A stretch of 64,000 nucleotides of DNA from Eledone cirrhosa (taxonomy: Eukaryota): NCBI GenBank assembly GCA_964016885.1, contig OZ024760.1:29698001-29762000 (forward strand), in the 5' to 3' direction. Both the position numbers and the translations under genes were made by a program. Below are positions 1 through 15,200 of this stretch, piece after piece. The notes below the pieces were generated by a model. That model was not told the origin of the DNA, made no database searches, and saw nothing but the letters and a program-made list of their open reading frames with translations. Numbering within the stretch: the first letter of the stretch is position 1; every line of letters begins with the position of its first letter.

Positions 1-3000
1 TGTAATGTGTAATGTAATGTAATGTAACGTGTAATGTAATGTAATGTAATGTAATGTAATGTAATGTAATGTGTAATGTAATGTAATGTGTAATGTAAAG
101 TAATGTAATGTAATGTAGTGTGTAATGTAATGTAATGTTATGTAATGTGTAATGTAATGTAATGTAATGTAATGTGTAATGTAATGTAATGTAATGTAAT
201 GTGTAATGTAATGTAATGTAATGTAATGTAATGTAATGTAATGTAATGTGTAATGTAATGTAATGTGTAATATAATGTAATGTATTGTAATGTAATGTGT
301 AATGTAATGTAATGTAATGTAATGAAATGTGTAATGTAATGTGTAATGTAATGTAATGTGTAATGTGTAATGTAATGTAATATAATGTAATGTAATGTAA
401 TGTAATGTAATGTGTAATGTAATGTAATGTAATGTAATGTAATGTAATGTAATGTGTAATGTAATGTAATGTAATGTAATGTAATGTAATGTGTAATGTA
501 ATGTAATGTAATGCTAAGTAATGTGTAATGTAATGTAATGTAATGTAATGTAATGTAATGTAACGTAATGTAACGTGTAATGTAATGTAATGTAATGTGT
601 AATGTAATGTAATGTAATGTAATGTAATGTAATGTAATGTAATGTAATGTAATGTAATGTAATGTAATGTAATGTAATGTAATGTAACGTGTAATGTAAT
701 GTGTAATGTAATGTAATGTAATGTAATTTAATGTGTAATGTAACGTAATGTAATGTGTAATGTAATGTAATGTGTAATGTAATGTAATGTAATGTAATGT
801 GTAATTATATGTAATGTAATGAAATGTAATGTAATGTAATGTAATGTGTAATGTAATGTAATGTGTAATGTAATATAATGTAATGTAGTGTGTAATGTAA
901 TGTAATGTAATATGTAATGTAATGTAATGTAATGTAATGTAATATAGTGTGTAATGTAATGTAATGTAATGTAATGTGTAATGTAATGTAATGTAATGTA
1001 ATGTGAAATGTAATGTAAAGTAATTTAATGTAATGTAATGTGTAATGTAATGTAATGTGTAATGTAATGTAATGTAATGTAATGTAACGTAATGTAATGT
1101 AATGTGTAATGTAATGTAATGTAACGTGTAATGTAATGTAATGTAATGTAATGTAATGTAATGTTATGTAATGTAATGTAATGTAGTGTGTAATGTAATG
1201 TAATGTAATGGAATGTAATGTAATGTACTGTAATGTGTAATGGAATGTATCGTAATGTAACGTGTAATGTAATGTAATGTAATGTAATGTGTAATGTAAT
1301 GTAATGTAATGTAATGTGTAATATAATGTAATGTAACGTGTAATGTAATGTAATGTAATGTAATGTAATGTAATGTTATGTAATGTAATGTAATGTAGTG
1401 TGTAATGTAATGTAATGTAATGGAATGTAATGTAATGTACTGTAATGTGTAATGGAATGTATCGTAATGTAACGTGTAATGTAATGTAATGTAATGTAGT
1501 TTGTAATGTAATGTAATGTAATGTAATGTAGTGTGAAATGTAATGTAATGTAATGTAATGTAATGTGTAATGTAATGTGTAATGTAATGTAATGTAATCT
1601 AATGTAATGTAATGTAATATAATGTGTAATGTAATGTAATGTGTAATGTAATGTAATGTAATGTAATTTAATGTAATGTAATGTAATGTGTAATGTAATG
1701 TAATGTAATGTGTAACGCAATGTAATGTAATGTAATGTAATGTAATGTAATGTGTAATGTAATGTAATGTAATGTAATGTAATGTGTAATGTAATGTAAT
1801 GTAATGTAATGTAACGTGTAATGTAGTGTAATGTAATGTAATGTAATGTAATGTAATGTAATGTAATGTGTAATGTAATGTGTAATGTAATGTAATGTAA
1901 TGTAATGTAATGTAATATATGTAATGTAATGTAATGCAATGTAATGTAATGTAATGTGTAATGTAATGTAATGTAACGTGTAATGTAATGTAATGTAATG
2001 TAATGTAATGTAATGTAATGTAATGTGTAATGTAATGTAATGTGTAATGTAAAGTAATATAATGTAATGTGTAATGTAATGTAATCTAATGTAGTGTGTA
2101 ATGTAATGTAATGTTATGTAATGTGTAATGTAATGTAATGTAATGTGTAATGTAATGTAATGTAATGTAATGTGTAATGTAATGTGTAACGTAATGTAAT
2201 GTAATGTAATGTAATGTAATGTAATGTGTAATGTAATGTAATGTAATGTAATGTAATGTGTAATGTAATGTAATGTAATGTAATGTAACGTGTAATGTAG
2301 TGTAATGTAATGTAATGTAATGTAATGTAATGTAATGTGTAATGTAATGTGTAATGTAATGTAATGTAATGTAATGTAATATATGTAATGTAATGTAATG
2401 CAATGTAATGTAATGTAATGTGTAATGTAATGTAATGTAACGTGTAATGTAATGTAATGTAATGTAATGTAATGTAATGTAATGTAATGTGTAATGTAAT
2501 GTAATGTGTAATGTAAAGTAATATAATGTAATGTGTAATGTAATGTAATCTAATGTAGTGTGTAATGTAATGTAATGTTATGTAATGTGTAATGTAATGT
2601 AATGTAATGTGTAATGTAATGTAATGTAATGTAATGTGTAATGTAATGTAATGTAATGTAATGTAATGTAATGTAATGTAATGTGTAATGTAATGTAATG
2701 TGTAATAATATAATGTAATGTATTGTAATGTAATGTGTAATGTAATGTAATGTAATGTAATGAAATGTGTAATGTAATGTGTAATGTAATGTAATGTGTA
2801 ATGTGTAATGTAATGTAATATAATGTAATGTAATGTAATGTAATGTAATGTAATGTGTAATGTAATGTAATGTAATGTAATGTAATGTAGTGTAATGTGT
2901 AATGTAATGTAATGTAATGTAATGTAATGTAATGTAATGTAATGTGTAATGTAATGTAATGTAATGCTAAGTAATGTGTAATGTAATGTAATGTAATGTA

Positions 3001-6000
3001 ATGTAATGTAATGTAACGTAATGTAACGTGTAATGTAATGTAATGTAATGTAATGTAATGTAATGTAATGTAATGTAATGTAATGTGTAATAATTAAATG
3101 TAATGTAATGTAATGTAGTGTGTAATGTAATGTAATGTAATGTAATGTAATGTGTAATGTAATGTAATGTAATGTAATGTGTAATATAATGTAATGTAAT
3201 GTAATGTAGTGTGTAATGTAATGTAAGGTAATGTGTAATGTAATGTAATGTAATGTAATGTAATGTGTAACGTAATGTAATGTAATGTAATATGTAATGT
3301 AATGTAATGTAAATGTAATGTAATGTAATGTAATGTAATGTAATGTAATGTGATGTGTAATGTAATGTGTAACGTAATGTAATGTAATGTAATGTGTAAT
3401 GTAATGTAATGTAATGTGTAATGTAATGTAATGTAATGTAATGTAATGTGTAATGTAATCTAATGTAATGTAATCTGTAATATAATGTAATGTAATGTAA
3501 TGTAGTGTGTAATGTAATGTAAGGTAATGTGTAATGTAATGTAATGTAATGTAATGTAATGTAATGTAATGTAATGTAATGTAATGTGTAATGTAATGTA
3601 ATGTAATGTAATATGTAATGTAATGTAATGTAATGTAATGTAATGTGTAATGTAATGTAAGGTAATGTGTAATGTAATGTAATGTAATGTAATGTAATGT
3701 AATGTAATGTAATGTAATGTAATGTAATGTAATGTGTAATGTAATGTAATGTAATGTAATATGTAATGTAATGTAATGTAATGTAATGTAATGTAATGTG
3801 TAATGTAATGTAATGTAATGTAATGTAATGTAATGTGTAATGTAATGTGTAACGTAATGTAATGTAATGTAATGTGTAATGTAATGTAATGTAATATAAT
3901 GTAATGTAATGTAATGTAATGTAATGTAATGTAATGTAATGTAATGTAATGTGTAATGTAATGTAATATAATGTAATGTGTAATGTAATGTAATATAATG
4001 TAATGTAATGTAACGTAATGTAATGTAATGTAATGTAATGTAATGTAATGTGTAATTACATGTAATGTAATGAAATGTAATGTAATGTAATGTAATGTGT
4101 AATGTAATGTAATGTGTAATGTAATATAATGTAATGTAGTGTGTAATGTAATGTAATGTAATATGTAATGTAATGTAATGTAATATAATGTAATGTAATA
4201 TAGTGTGTAATGTAATGTAATGTAATGTGTAATGTAATGTAATGTAATGTAATGTGAAATGTAATGTAAAGTAATTTAATGTAATGTAATGTGTAATGTA
4301 ATGTAATGTGTAATGTAATGTAATGTAATGTAATGTAACGTAATGTAATGTAATGTGTAATGTAATGTAATGTAACGTGTAATGTAATGTAATGTAATGT
4401 AATGTAATGTAATGTAATGTAATGTAATGTAGTGTGTAATGTAATGTAATGTAATGGAATGTAATGTAATGTACTGTAATGTGTAATGGAATGTATCGTA
4501 ATGTAACGTGTAATGTAATGTAATGTAATGTAATGTGTAATGTAATGTAATGTAATGTGTAATATAATGTAATGTAGTTTGTAATGTAATGTAATGTAAT
4601 GTAATGTAATGTAACGTAATGTAACGTGTAATGTAATGTAATGTAATGTAATGTAATGTAATGTAATGTAATGTAATGTAATGTGTAATAATTAAATGTA
4701 ATGTAATGTAATGTAGTGTGTAATGTAATGTAATGTAATGTAATGTAATGTGTAATGTAATGTAATGTAATGTAATGTGTAATATAATGTAATGTAATGT
4801 AATGTAGTGTGTAATGTAATGTAAGGTAATGTGTAATGTAATGTAATGTAATGTAATGTAATGTGTAACGTAATGTAATGTAATGTAATATGTAATGTAA
4901 TGTAATGTAAATGTAATGTAATGTAATGTAATGTAATGTAATGTAATGTGATGTGTAATGTAATGTGTAACGTAATGTAATGTAATGTAATGTGTAATGT
5001 AATGTAATGTAATGTGTAATGTAATGTAATGTAATGTAATGTAATGTGTAATGTAATCTAATGTAATGTAATCTGTAATATAATGTAATGTAATGTAATG
5101 TAGTGTGTAATGTAATGTAAGGTAATGTGTAATGTAATGTAATGTAATGTAATGTAATGTAATGTAATGTAATGTAATGTAATGTGTAATGTAATGTAAT
5201 GTAATGTAATATGTAATGTAATGTAATGTAATGTAATGTAATGTGTAATGTAATGTAAGGTAATGTGTAATGTAATGTAATGTAATGTAATGTAATGTAA
5301 TGTAATGTAAAGTAATGTAATGTAATGTAATGTGTAATGTAATGTAATGTAATGTAATATGTAATGTAATGTAATGTAATGTAATGTAATGTAATGTAAT
5401 GTGTAATGTAATGTAATGTAATGTAATGTAATGTAATGTGTAATGTAATGTGTAACGTAATGTAATGTAATGTAATGTGTAATGTAATGTAATGTAATAT
5501 AATGTAATGTAATGTAATGTAATGTAATGTAATGTAATGTAATGTAATGTGTAATGTAATGTAATATAATGTAATGTGTAATGTAATGTAATATAATGTA
5601 ATGTAATGTAACGTAATGTAATGTAATGTAATGTAATGTAATGTAATGTGTAATTACATGTAATGTAATGAAATGTAATGTAATGTAATGTAATGTGTAA
5701 TGTAATGTAATGTGTAATGTAATATAATGTAATGTAGTGTGTAATGTAATGTAATGTAATATGTAATGTAATGTAATGTAATATAATGTAATGTAATATA
5801 GTGTGTAATGTAATGTAATGTAATGTGTAATGTAATGTAATGTAATGTAATGTGAAATGTAATGTAAAGTAATTTAATGTAATGTAATGTGTAATGTAAT
5901 GTAATGTGTAATGTAATGTAATGTAATGTAATGTAACGTAATGTAATGTAATGTGTAATGTAATGTAATGTAATGTAATGTAATGTAATGTAATGTAATG

Positions 6001-7357
6001 TAATGTAATGTAATGTAGTGTGTAATGTAATGTAATGTAATGGAATGTAATGTAATGTACTGTAATGTGTAATGGAATGTATCGTAATGTAACGTGAAAT
6101 GTAATGTAATGTAATGTAATGTGTAATGTAATGTAATGTAATGTGTAATATAATGTAATGTAGTTTGTAATGTAATGTAATGTAATGTAGTGTGAAATGT
6201 AATGTAATGTAATGTAATGTAATGTGTAATGTAATGTGTAATGTAATGTAATGTAATCTAATGTAATGTAATGTAATATAATGTGTAATGTAATGTAATG
6301 TGTAATGTAATGTAATGTAATGTAATTTAATGTAATGTAATGTAATGTGTAATGTAATGTAATGTAATGTGTAACGTAATGTAATGTAATGTAATGTAAT
6401 GTAATGTAATGTGCAATGTAATGTAATGTAATGTAATGTAATGTGTAATGTAATGTAATGTAATGTAATGTAACGTGTAATGTAGTGTAATGTAATGTAA
6501 TGTAATGTAATGTAATGTAATGTAATGTGTAATGTAATGTGTAATGTAATGTAATGTAATGTAATGTAATATATGTAATGTAATGTAATGCAATGTAATG
6601 TAATGTAATGTGTAATGTAATGTAATGTAACGTGTAATGTAATGTAATGTAATGTAATGTAATGTGTAATGTAAAGTAATGTAATGTAATGTAGTGTGTA
6701 ATGTAATGTAATGTTATGTAATGTGTAATGTAATGTAATGTAATGTAATGTGTAATGTAATGTAATGTAATGTAATGTGTAATGTAATGTAATGTAATGT
6801 AATGTAATGTAATGTAATGTAATGTGTAATGTAATGTAATGTGTAATATAATGTAATGTATTGTAATGTAATGTGTAATGTAATGTAATGTAATGTAATG
6901 AAATGTGTAATGTAATGTGTAATGTAATGTAATGTGTAATGTGTAATGTAATGTAATATAATGTAATGTAATGTAATGTAATGTAATGTGTAATGTAATG
7001 TAATGTAATGTAATGTAATGTAATGTAATGTGTAATGTAATGTAATGTAATGTAATGTAATGTGTAATGTAATGAAATGTAATGCTAAGTAATGTGTAAT
7101 GTAATGTAATGTAATGTAACGCAATGTAACGTGTAATGTAATGTAATGTAATGTAATGTAATGTAATGTAATGTAATGTAATGTAATGTAATATAATGTA
7201 ATGTAATGTAATGTAATGTAACTTGTAATGTAATGTGTAATGTAATGTAATGTAATGTAATTTAATGTGTAATGTAACGTAATGTAATGTGTAATGTAAT
7301 GTAATGTGTAATGTAATGTAATGTAATGTAATGAAATGTAATGTAATGTAATGTAAT
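1..7357 (+). repeat. First copy of a >=7.3-kb block duplicated at +12235 bp
   Basis: ORF boundaries 1376, 2086, 4276, 6327 and 6714 recur at 13611, 14321, 16511, 18562 and 18949 (constant offset 12235) with matching translations. The match ends just after the gaaat variant at 7333/19568. Confidence 0.92.
3000..5960 (+). repeat. Tandem duplication with period 1598 bp (boundaries approximate; repeated again at +12235)
   Basis: Rare markers taattaaatg at 3091/4689 and taattacatg at 4053/5651 are both 1598 bp apart. Confidence 0.85.
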
Positions 7358-10300
7358 GTAATGTGTAATGTAATGTGTAATGTAATGTAATGTAATCTAA
7401 TGTAATGTAATGTAATATAATGTGTAATGTAATGTAATGTGTAATGTAATGTAATGTAATGTAATTTAATGTAATGTAATGTAATGTGTAATGTAATGTA
7501 ATGTAATGTGTAACGTAATGTAATGTAATGTAATGTAATGTGCAATGTAATGTAATGTAATGTAATGTAATGTGTAATGTAATGTAATGTAATGTAATGT
7601 AACGTGTAATGTAGTGTAATGTAATGTAATGTAATGTAATGTAATGTAATGTAATGTGTAATGTAATGTGTAATGTAATGTAATGTAATGTAATGTAATA
7701 TATGTAATGTAATGTAATGCAATGTAATGTAATGTAATGTGTAATGTAATGTAATGTAACGTGTAATGTAATGTAATGTAATGTAATGTAATGTAATGTA
7801 ATGTGTAATGTAATGTAATGTGTAATGTAAAGTAATGTAATGTAATGTAGTGTGTAATGTAATGTAATGTTATGTAATGTGTAATGTAATGTAATGTAAT
7901 GTAATGTGTAATGTAATGTAATGTAATGTAATGTGTAATGTAATGTAATGTAATGTAATGTAATGTAATGTAATGTAATGTGTAATGTAATGTAATGTGT
8001 AATATAATGTAATGTATTGTAATGTAATGTGTAATGTAATGTAATGTAATGTAATGAAATGTGTAATGTAATGTGTAATGTAATGTAATGTGTAATGTGT
8101 AATGTAATGTAATATAATGTAATGTAATGTAATGTAATGTAATGTGTAATGTAATGTAATGTAATGTAATGTAATGTAATGTAATGTGTAATGTAATGTA
8201 ATGTAATGTAATGTAATGTAATGTGTAATGTAATGTAATGTAATGCTAAGTAATGTGTAATGTAATGTAATGTAATGTAATGTAATGTAATGTAACGTAA
8301 TGTAACGTGTAATGTAATGTAATGTAATGTGTAATGTAATGTAATGTAATGTAATGTAATGTAATGTAATGTAATGTAATGTAATGTAATGTAATGTAAT
8401 GTAATGTAATGTAATGTAACGTGTAATGTAATGTGTAATGTAATGTAATGTAATGTAATTTAATGTGTAATGTAACGTAATGTAATGTGTAATGTAATGT
8501 AATGTGTAATGTAATGTAATGTAATGTAATGTGTAATTATATGTAATGTAATGAAATGTAATGTAATGTAATGTAATGTGTAATGTAATGTAATGTGTAA
8601 TGTAATATAATGTAATGTAGTGTGTAATGTAATGTAATGTAATATGTAATGTAATGTAATGTAATGTAATGTAATATAGTGTGTAATGTAATGTAATGTA
8701 ATGTAATGTGTAATGTAATGTAATGTAATGTAATGTGAAATGTAATGTAAAGTAATTTAATGTAATGTAATGTGTAATGTAATGTAATGTGTAATGTAAT
8801 GTAATGTAATGTAATGTAACGTAATGTAATGTAATGTGTAATGTAATGTAATGTAACGTGTAATGTAATGTAATGTAATGTAATGTAATGTAATGTTATG
8901 TAATGTAATGTAATGTAGTGTGTAATGTAATGTAATGTAATGGAATGTAATGTAATGTACTGTAATGTGTAATGGAATGTATCGTAATGTAACGTGTAAT
9001 GTAATGTAATGTAATGTAATGTGTAATGTAATGTAATGTAATGTAATGTGTAATATAATGTAATGTAACGTGTAATGTAATGTAATGTAATGTAATGTAA
9101 TGTAATGTTATGTAATGTAATGTAATGTAGTGTGTAATGTAATCTAATGTAATGGAATGTAATGTAATGTACTGTAATGTGTAATGGAATGTATCGTAAT
9201 GTAACGTGTAATGTAATGTAATGTAATGTAGTTTGTAATGTAATGTAATGTAATGTAATGTAGTGTGAAATGTAATGTAATGTAATGTAATGTAATGTGT
9301 AATGTAATGTGTAATGTAATGTAATGTAATCTAATGTAATGTAATGTAATATAATGTGTAATGTAATGTAATGTGTAATGTAATGTAATGTAATGTAATT
9401 TAATGTAATTTAATGTAATGTGTAATGTAATGTAATGTAATGTGTAACGCAATGTAATGTAATGTAATGTAATGTAATGTAATGTAATGTGTAATGTAAT
9501 GTAATGTAATGTAATGTAATGTGTAATGTAATGTAATGTAATGTAATGTAACGTGTAATGTAGTGTAATGTAATGTAATGTAATGTAATGTAATGTAATG
9601 TAATGTGTAATGTAATGTGTAATGTAATGTAATGTAATGTAATGTAATGTAATATATGTAATGTAATGTAATGCAATGTAATGTAATGTAATGTGTAATG
9701 TAATGTAATGTAACGTGTAATGTAATGTAATGTAATGTAATGTAATGTAATGTAATGTAATGTGTAATGTAATGTAATGTGTAATGTAAAGTAATATAAT
9801 GTAATGTGTAATGTAATGTAATCTAATGTAGTGTGTAATGTAATGTAATGTTATGTAATGTGTAATGTAATGTAATGTAATGTGTAATGTAATGTAATGT
9901 AATGTAATGTGTAATGTAATGTGTAACGTAATGTAATGTAATGTAATGTAATGTAATGTAATGTGTAATGTAATGTAATGTAATGTAATGTAATGTGTAA
10001 TGTAATGTAATGTAATGTAATGTAACGTGTAATGTAGTGTAATGTAATGTAATGTAATGTAATGTAATGTAATGTGTAATGTAATGTGTAATGTAATGTA
10101 ATGTAATGTAATGTAATGTAATATATGTAATGTAATGTAATGCAATGTAATGTAATGTAATGTGTAATGTAATGTAATGTAACGTGTAATGTAATGTAAT
10201 GTAATGTAATGTAATGTAATGTAATGTAATGTGTAATGTAATGTAATGTGTAATGTAAAGTAATATAATGTAATGTGTAATGTAATGTAATCTAATGTAG

Positions 10301-12235
10301 TGTGTAATGTAATGTAATGTTATGTAATGTGTAATGTAATGTAATGTAATGTGTAATGTAATGTAATGTAATGTAATGTGTAATGTAATGTAATGTAATG
10401 TAATGTAATGTAATGTAATGTAATGTGTAATGTAATGTAATGTGTAATAATATAATGTAATGTATTGTAATGTAATGTGTAATGTAATGTGTAATGTAAT
10501 GTAATGTAATGTAATGTAAAATGTAATGTAATGTAATGTACTGTAATGTAATGTAATGTAATGTAACGTAATATAATGTAATGTAATGTAATGTGTAATG
10601 TAATGTAATGTGTAATGTAATGTAATGTAATGTAATGTAAAGTAATGTGTAATGTAATGTAATGTAATGTAATGTAATGTAATGTAATGTAATATGTAAT
10701 TTAATGTAATGTAATGTAAAGTAATGTGTAACGTAATATAATGTAATGTAATGTGTAATGTAATGTAATGTGTAATATAATGTAATGTAATGAAATGTAA
10801 TGTGTAATGTAATGTAATGTAATGTGTAATGTAATGTAACGTAATGTAATGTAAAGTAATGTGTAATGTAATGTAATGTAATGTAATGTAATGTAATGTA
10901 ATGTAATGTGTAATGTAATGTAATGTAATGTAATGTAATGTAATGTAATGTATAATGTAAGGTAATGTAATGAAATGTAATGTGTAATGTAATGAAATGT
11001 AATGTGTAATGTAATGTAATGTAATGTAATGTAATTTAATGTAATGTAATGTAATGTGTAATGTAATGTAATGTAATGTAATATGTAATGTAATGTAATG
11101 TGTAATGTTATGTAATGTGTAATGTAATGTAATGTAATATAATGTAATGTAATGTAATGTAATGTAATGTAATGTAATGCGTAATGTAATGTAATATAAT
11201 GTAATGTGTAATGTAATGTAATATAATGTAATGTAATGTAACGTAATGTAATGTAATGTAATGTAATGTAATGTAATGTAATGTAATGTGTAATTATATG
11301 TAATGTAATGAAATGTAATGTAATGTAATGTAATGTGTAATGTAATGTAATGTGTAATGTAATATAATGTAATGTAGTGTGTAATGTAATGTAATGTAAT
11401 ATGTAATGTAATGTAATGTAATTTAATGTAATGTAATATAGTGTGTAATGTAATGTAATGTAATGTAATGTAATGTGTAATGTAATGTAATGTAATGTAA
11501 TGTGAAATGTAATGTAAAGTAATTTAATGTAATGTAATGTGTAATGTAATGTAATGTGTAATGTAATGTAATGTAATGTAATGTAATGTGTAATGTAATG
11601 TAATGTAATGTGTAATGTAATGTAATGTAATGTAATGTAATGTAATGTAATGTAATGTAGTGTGTAATGTAATGTAATGTAATGGAATGTAATGTAATGT
11701 ACTGTAATGTGTAATGGAATGTATCGTAATGTAACGTGTAATGTAATGTAATGTAATGAGTAATGTAATGTAATGTAATGTGTAATATAATGTAATGTAA
11801 TGTAGTTTGTAATGTAATGTAATGTAATGTAGTGTGAAATGTAATGTAATGTAATGTAATGTAATGTGTAATGTAATGTGTAATGTAATGTAATGTAATC
11901 TAATGTAATGTAATGTAATATAATGTGTAATGTAATGTAATGTGTAATGTAATGTAATGTAATGTAATTTAATGTAATGTAATGTAATGTGTAATGTAAT
12001 GTAATGTAATGTGTAACGTAATGTAATGTAATGTAATGTAATGTGCAATGTAATGTAATGTAATGTAATGTAATGTGTAATGTAATGTAATGTAATGTAA
12101 TGTAACGTGTAATGTAGTGTAATGTAATGTAATGTAATGTAATGTAATGTAATGTAATGTGTAATGTAATGTGTAATGTAATGTAATGTAATGTAATGTA
12201 ATATATGTAATGTAATGTAATGCAATGTAATGTAA

Positions 12236-15200
12236 TGTAATGTGTAATGTAATGTAATGTAACGTGTAATGTAATGTAATGTAATGTAATGTAATGTAAT
12301 GTAATGTGTAATGTAATGTAATGTGTAATGTAAAGTAATGTAATGTAATGTAGTGTGTAATGTAATGTAATGTTATGTAATGTGTAATGTAATGTAATGT
12401 AATGTAATGTGTAATGTAATGTAATGTAATGTAATGTGTAATGTAATGTAATGTAATGTAATGTAATGTAATGTAATGTAATGTGTAATGTAATGTAATG
12501 TGTAATATAATGTAATGTATTGTAATGTAATGTGTAATGTAATGTAATGTAATGTAATGAAATGTGTAATGTAATGTGTAATGTAATGTAATGTGTAATG
12601 TGTAATGTAATGTAATATAATGTAATGTAATGTAATGTAATGTAATGTGTAATGTAATGTAATGTAATGTAATGTAATGTAATGTAATGTGTAATGTAAT
12701 GTAATGTAATGTAATGTAATGTAATGTGTAATGTAATGTAATGTAATGCTAAGTAATGTGTAATGTAATGTAATGTAATGTAATGTAATGTAATGTAACG
12801 TAATGTAACGTGTAATGTAATGTAATGTAATGTGTAATGTAATGTAATGTAATGTAATGTAATGTAATGTAATGTAATGTAATGTAATGTAATGTAATGT
12901 AATGTAATGTAATGTAATGTAACGTGTAATGTAATGTGTAATGTAATGTAATGTAATGTAATTTAATGTGTAATGTAACGTAATGTAATGTGTAATGTAA
13001 TGTAATGTGTAATGTAATGTAATGTAATGTAATGTGTAATTATATGTAATGTAATGAAATGTAATGTAATGTAATGTAATGTGTAATGTAATGTAATGTG
13101 TAATGTAATATAATGTAATGTAGTGTGTAATGTAATGTAATGTAATATGTAATGTAATGTAATGTAATGTAATGTAATATAGTGTGTAATGTAATGTAAT
13201 GTAATGTAATGTGTAATGTAATGTAATGTAATGTAATGTGAAATGTAATGTAAAGTAATTTAATGTAATGTAATGTGTAATGTAATGTAATGTGTAATGT
13301 AATGTAATGTAATGTAATGTAACGTAATGTAATGTAATGTGTAATGTAATGTAATGTAACGTGTAATGTAATGTAATGTAATGTAATGTAATGTAATGTT
13401 ATGTAATGTAATGTAATGTAGTGTGTAATGTAATGTAATGTAATGGAATGTAATGTAATGTACTGTAATGTGTAATGGAATGTATCGTAATGTAACGTGT
13501 AATGTAATGTAATGTAATGTAATGTGTAATGTAATGTAATGTAATGTAATGTGTAATATAATGTAATGTAACGTGTAATGTAATGTAATGTAATGTAATG
13601 TAATGTAATGTTATGTAATGTAATGTAATGTAGTGTGTAATGTAATGTAATGTAATGGAATGTAATGTAATGTACTGTAATGTGTAATGGAATGTATCGT
13701 AATGTAACGTGTAATGTAATGTAATGTAATGTAGTTTGTAATGTAATGTAATGTAATGTAATGTAGTGTGAAATGTAATGTAATGTAATGTAATGTAATG
13801 TGTAATGTAATGTGTAATGTAATGTAATGTAATCTAATGTAATGTAATGTAATATAATGTGTAATGTAATGTAATGTGTAATGTAATGTAATGTAATGTA
13901 ATTTAATGTAATGTAATGTAATGTGTAATGTAATGTAATGTAATGTGTAACGCAATGTAATGTAATGTAATGTAATGTAATGTAATGTGTAATGTAATGT
14001 AATGTAATGTAATGTAATGTGTAATGTAATGTAATGTAATGTAATGTAACGTGTAATGTAGTGTAATGTAATGTAATGTAATGTAATGTAATGTAATGTA
14101 ATGTGTAATGTAATGTGTAATGTAATGTAATGTAATGTAATGTAATGTAATATATGTAATGTAATGTAATGCAATGTAATGTAATGTAATGTGTAATGTA
14201 ATGTAATGTAACGTGTAATGTAATGTAATGTAATGTAATGTAATGTAATGTAATGTAATGTGTAATGTAATGTAATGTGTAATGTAAAGTAATATAATGT
14301 AATGTGTAATGTAATGTAATCTAATGTAGTGTGTAATGTAATGTAATGTTATGTAATGTGTAATGTAATGTAATGTAATGTGTAATGTAATGTAATGTAA
14401 TGTAATGTGTAATGTAATGTGTAACGTAATGTAATGTAATGTAATGTAATGTAATGTAATGTGTAATGTAATGTAATGTAATGTAATGTAATGTGTAATG
14501 TAATGTAATGTAATGTAATGTAACGTGTAATGTAGTGTAATGTAATGTAATGTAATGTAATGTAATGTAATGTGTAATGTAATGTGTAATGTAATGTAAT
14601 GTAATGTAATGTAATATATGTAATGTAATGTAATGCAATGTAATGTAATGTAATGTGTAATGTAATGTAATGTAACGTGTAATGTAATGTAATGTAATGT
14701 AATGTAATGTAATGTAATGTAATGTGTAATGTAATGTAATGTGTAATGTAAAGTAATATAATGTAATGTGTAATGTAATGTAATCTAATGTAGTGTGTAA
14801 TGTAATGTAATGTTATGTAATGTGTAATGTAATGTAATGTAATGTGTAATGTAATGTAATGTAATGTAATGTGTAATGTAATGTAATGTAATGTAATGTA
14901 ATGTAATGTAATGTAATGTGTAATGTAATGTAATGTGTAATAATATAATGTAATGTATTGTAATGTAATGTGTAATGTAATGTAATGTAATGTAATGAAA
15001 TGTGTAATGTAATGTGTAATGTAATGTAATGTGTAATGTGTAATGTAATGTAATATAATGTAATGTAATGTAATGTAATGTAATGTAATGTGTAATGTAA
15101 TGTAATGTAATGTAATGTAATGTAGTGTAATGTGTAATGTAATGTAATGTAATGTAATGTAATGTAATGTAATGTAATGTGTAATGTAATGTAATGTAAT

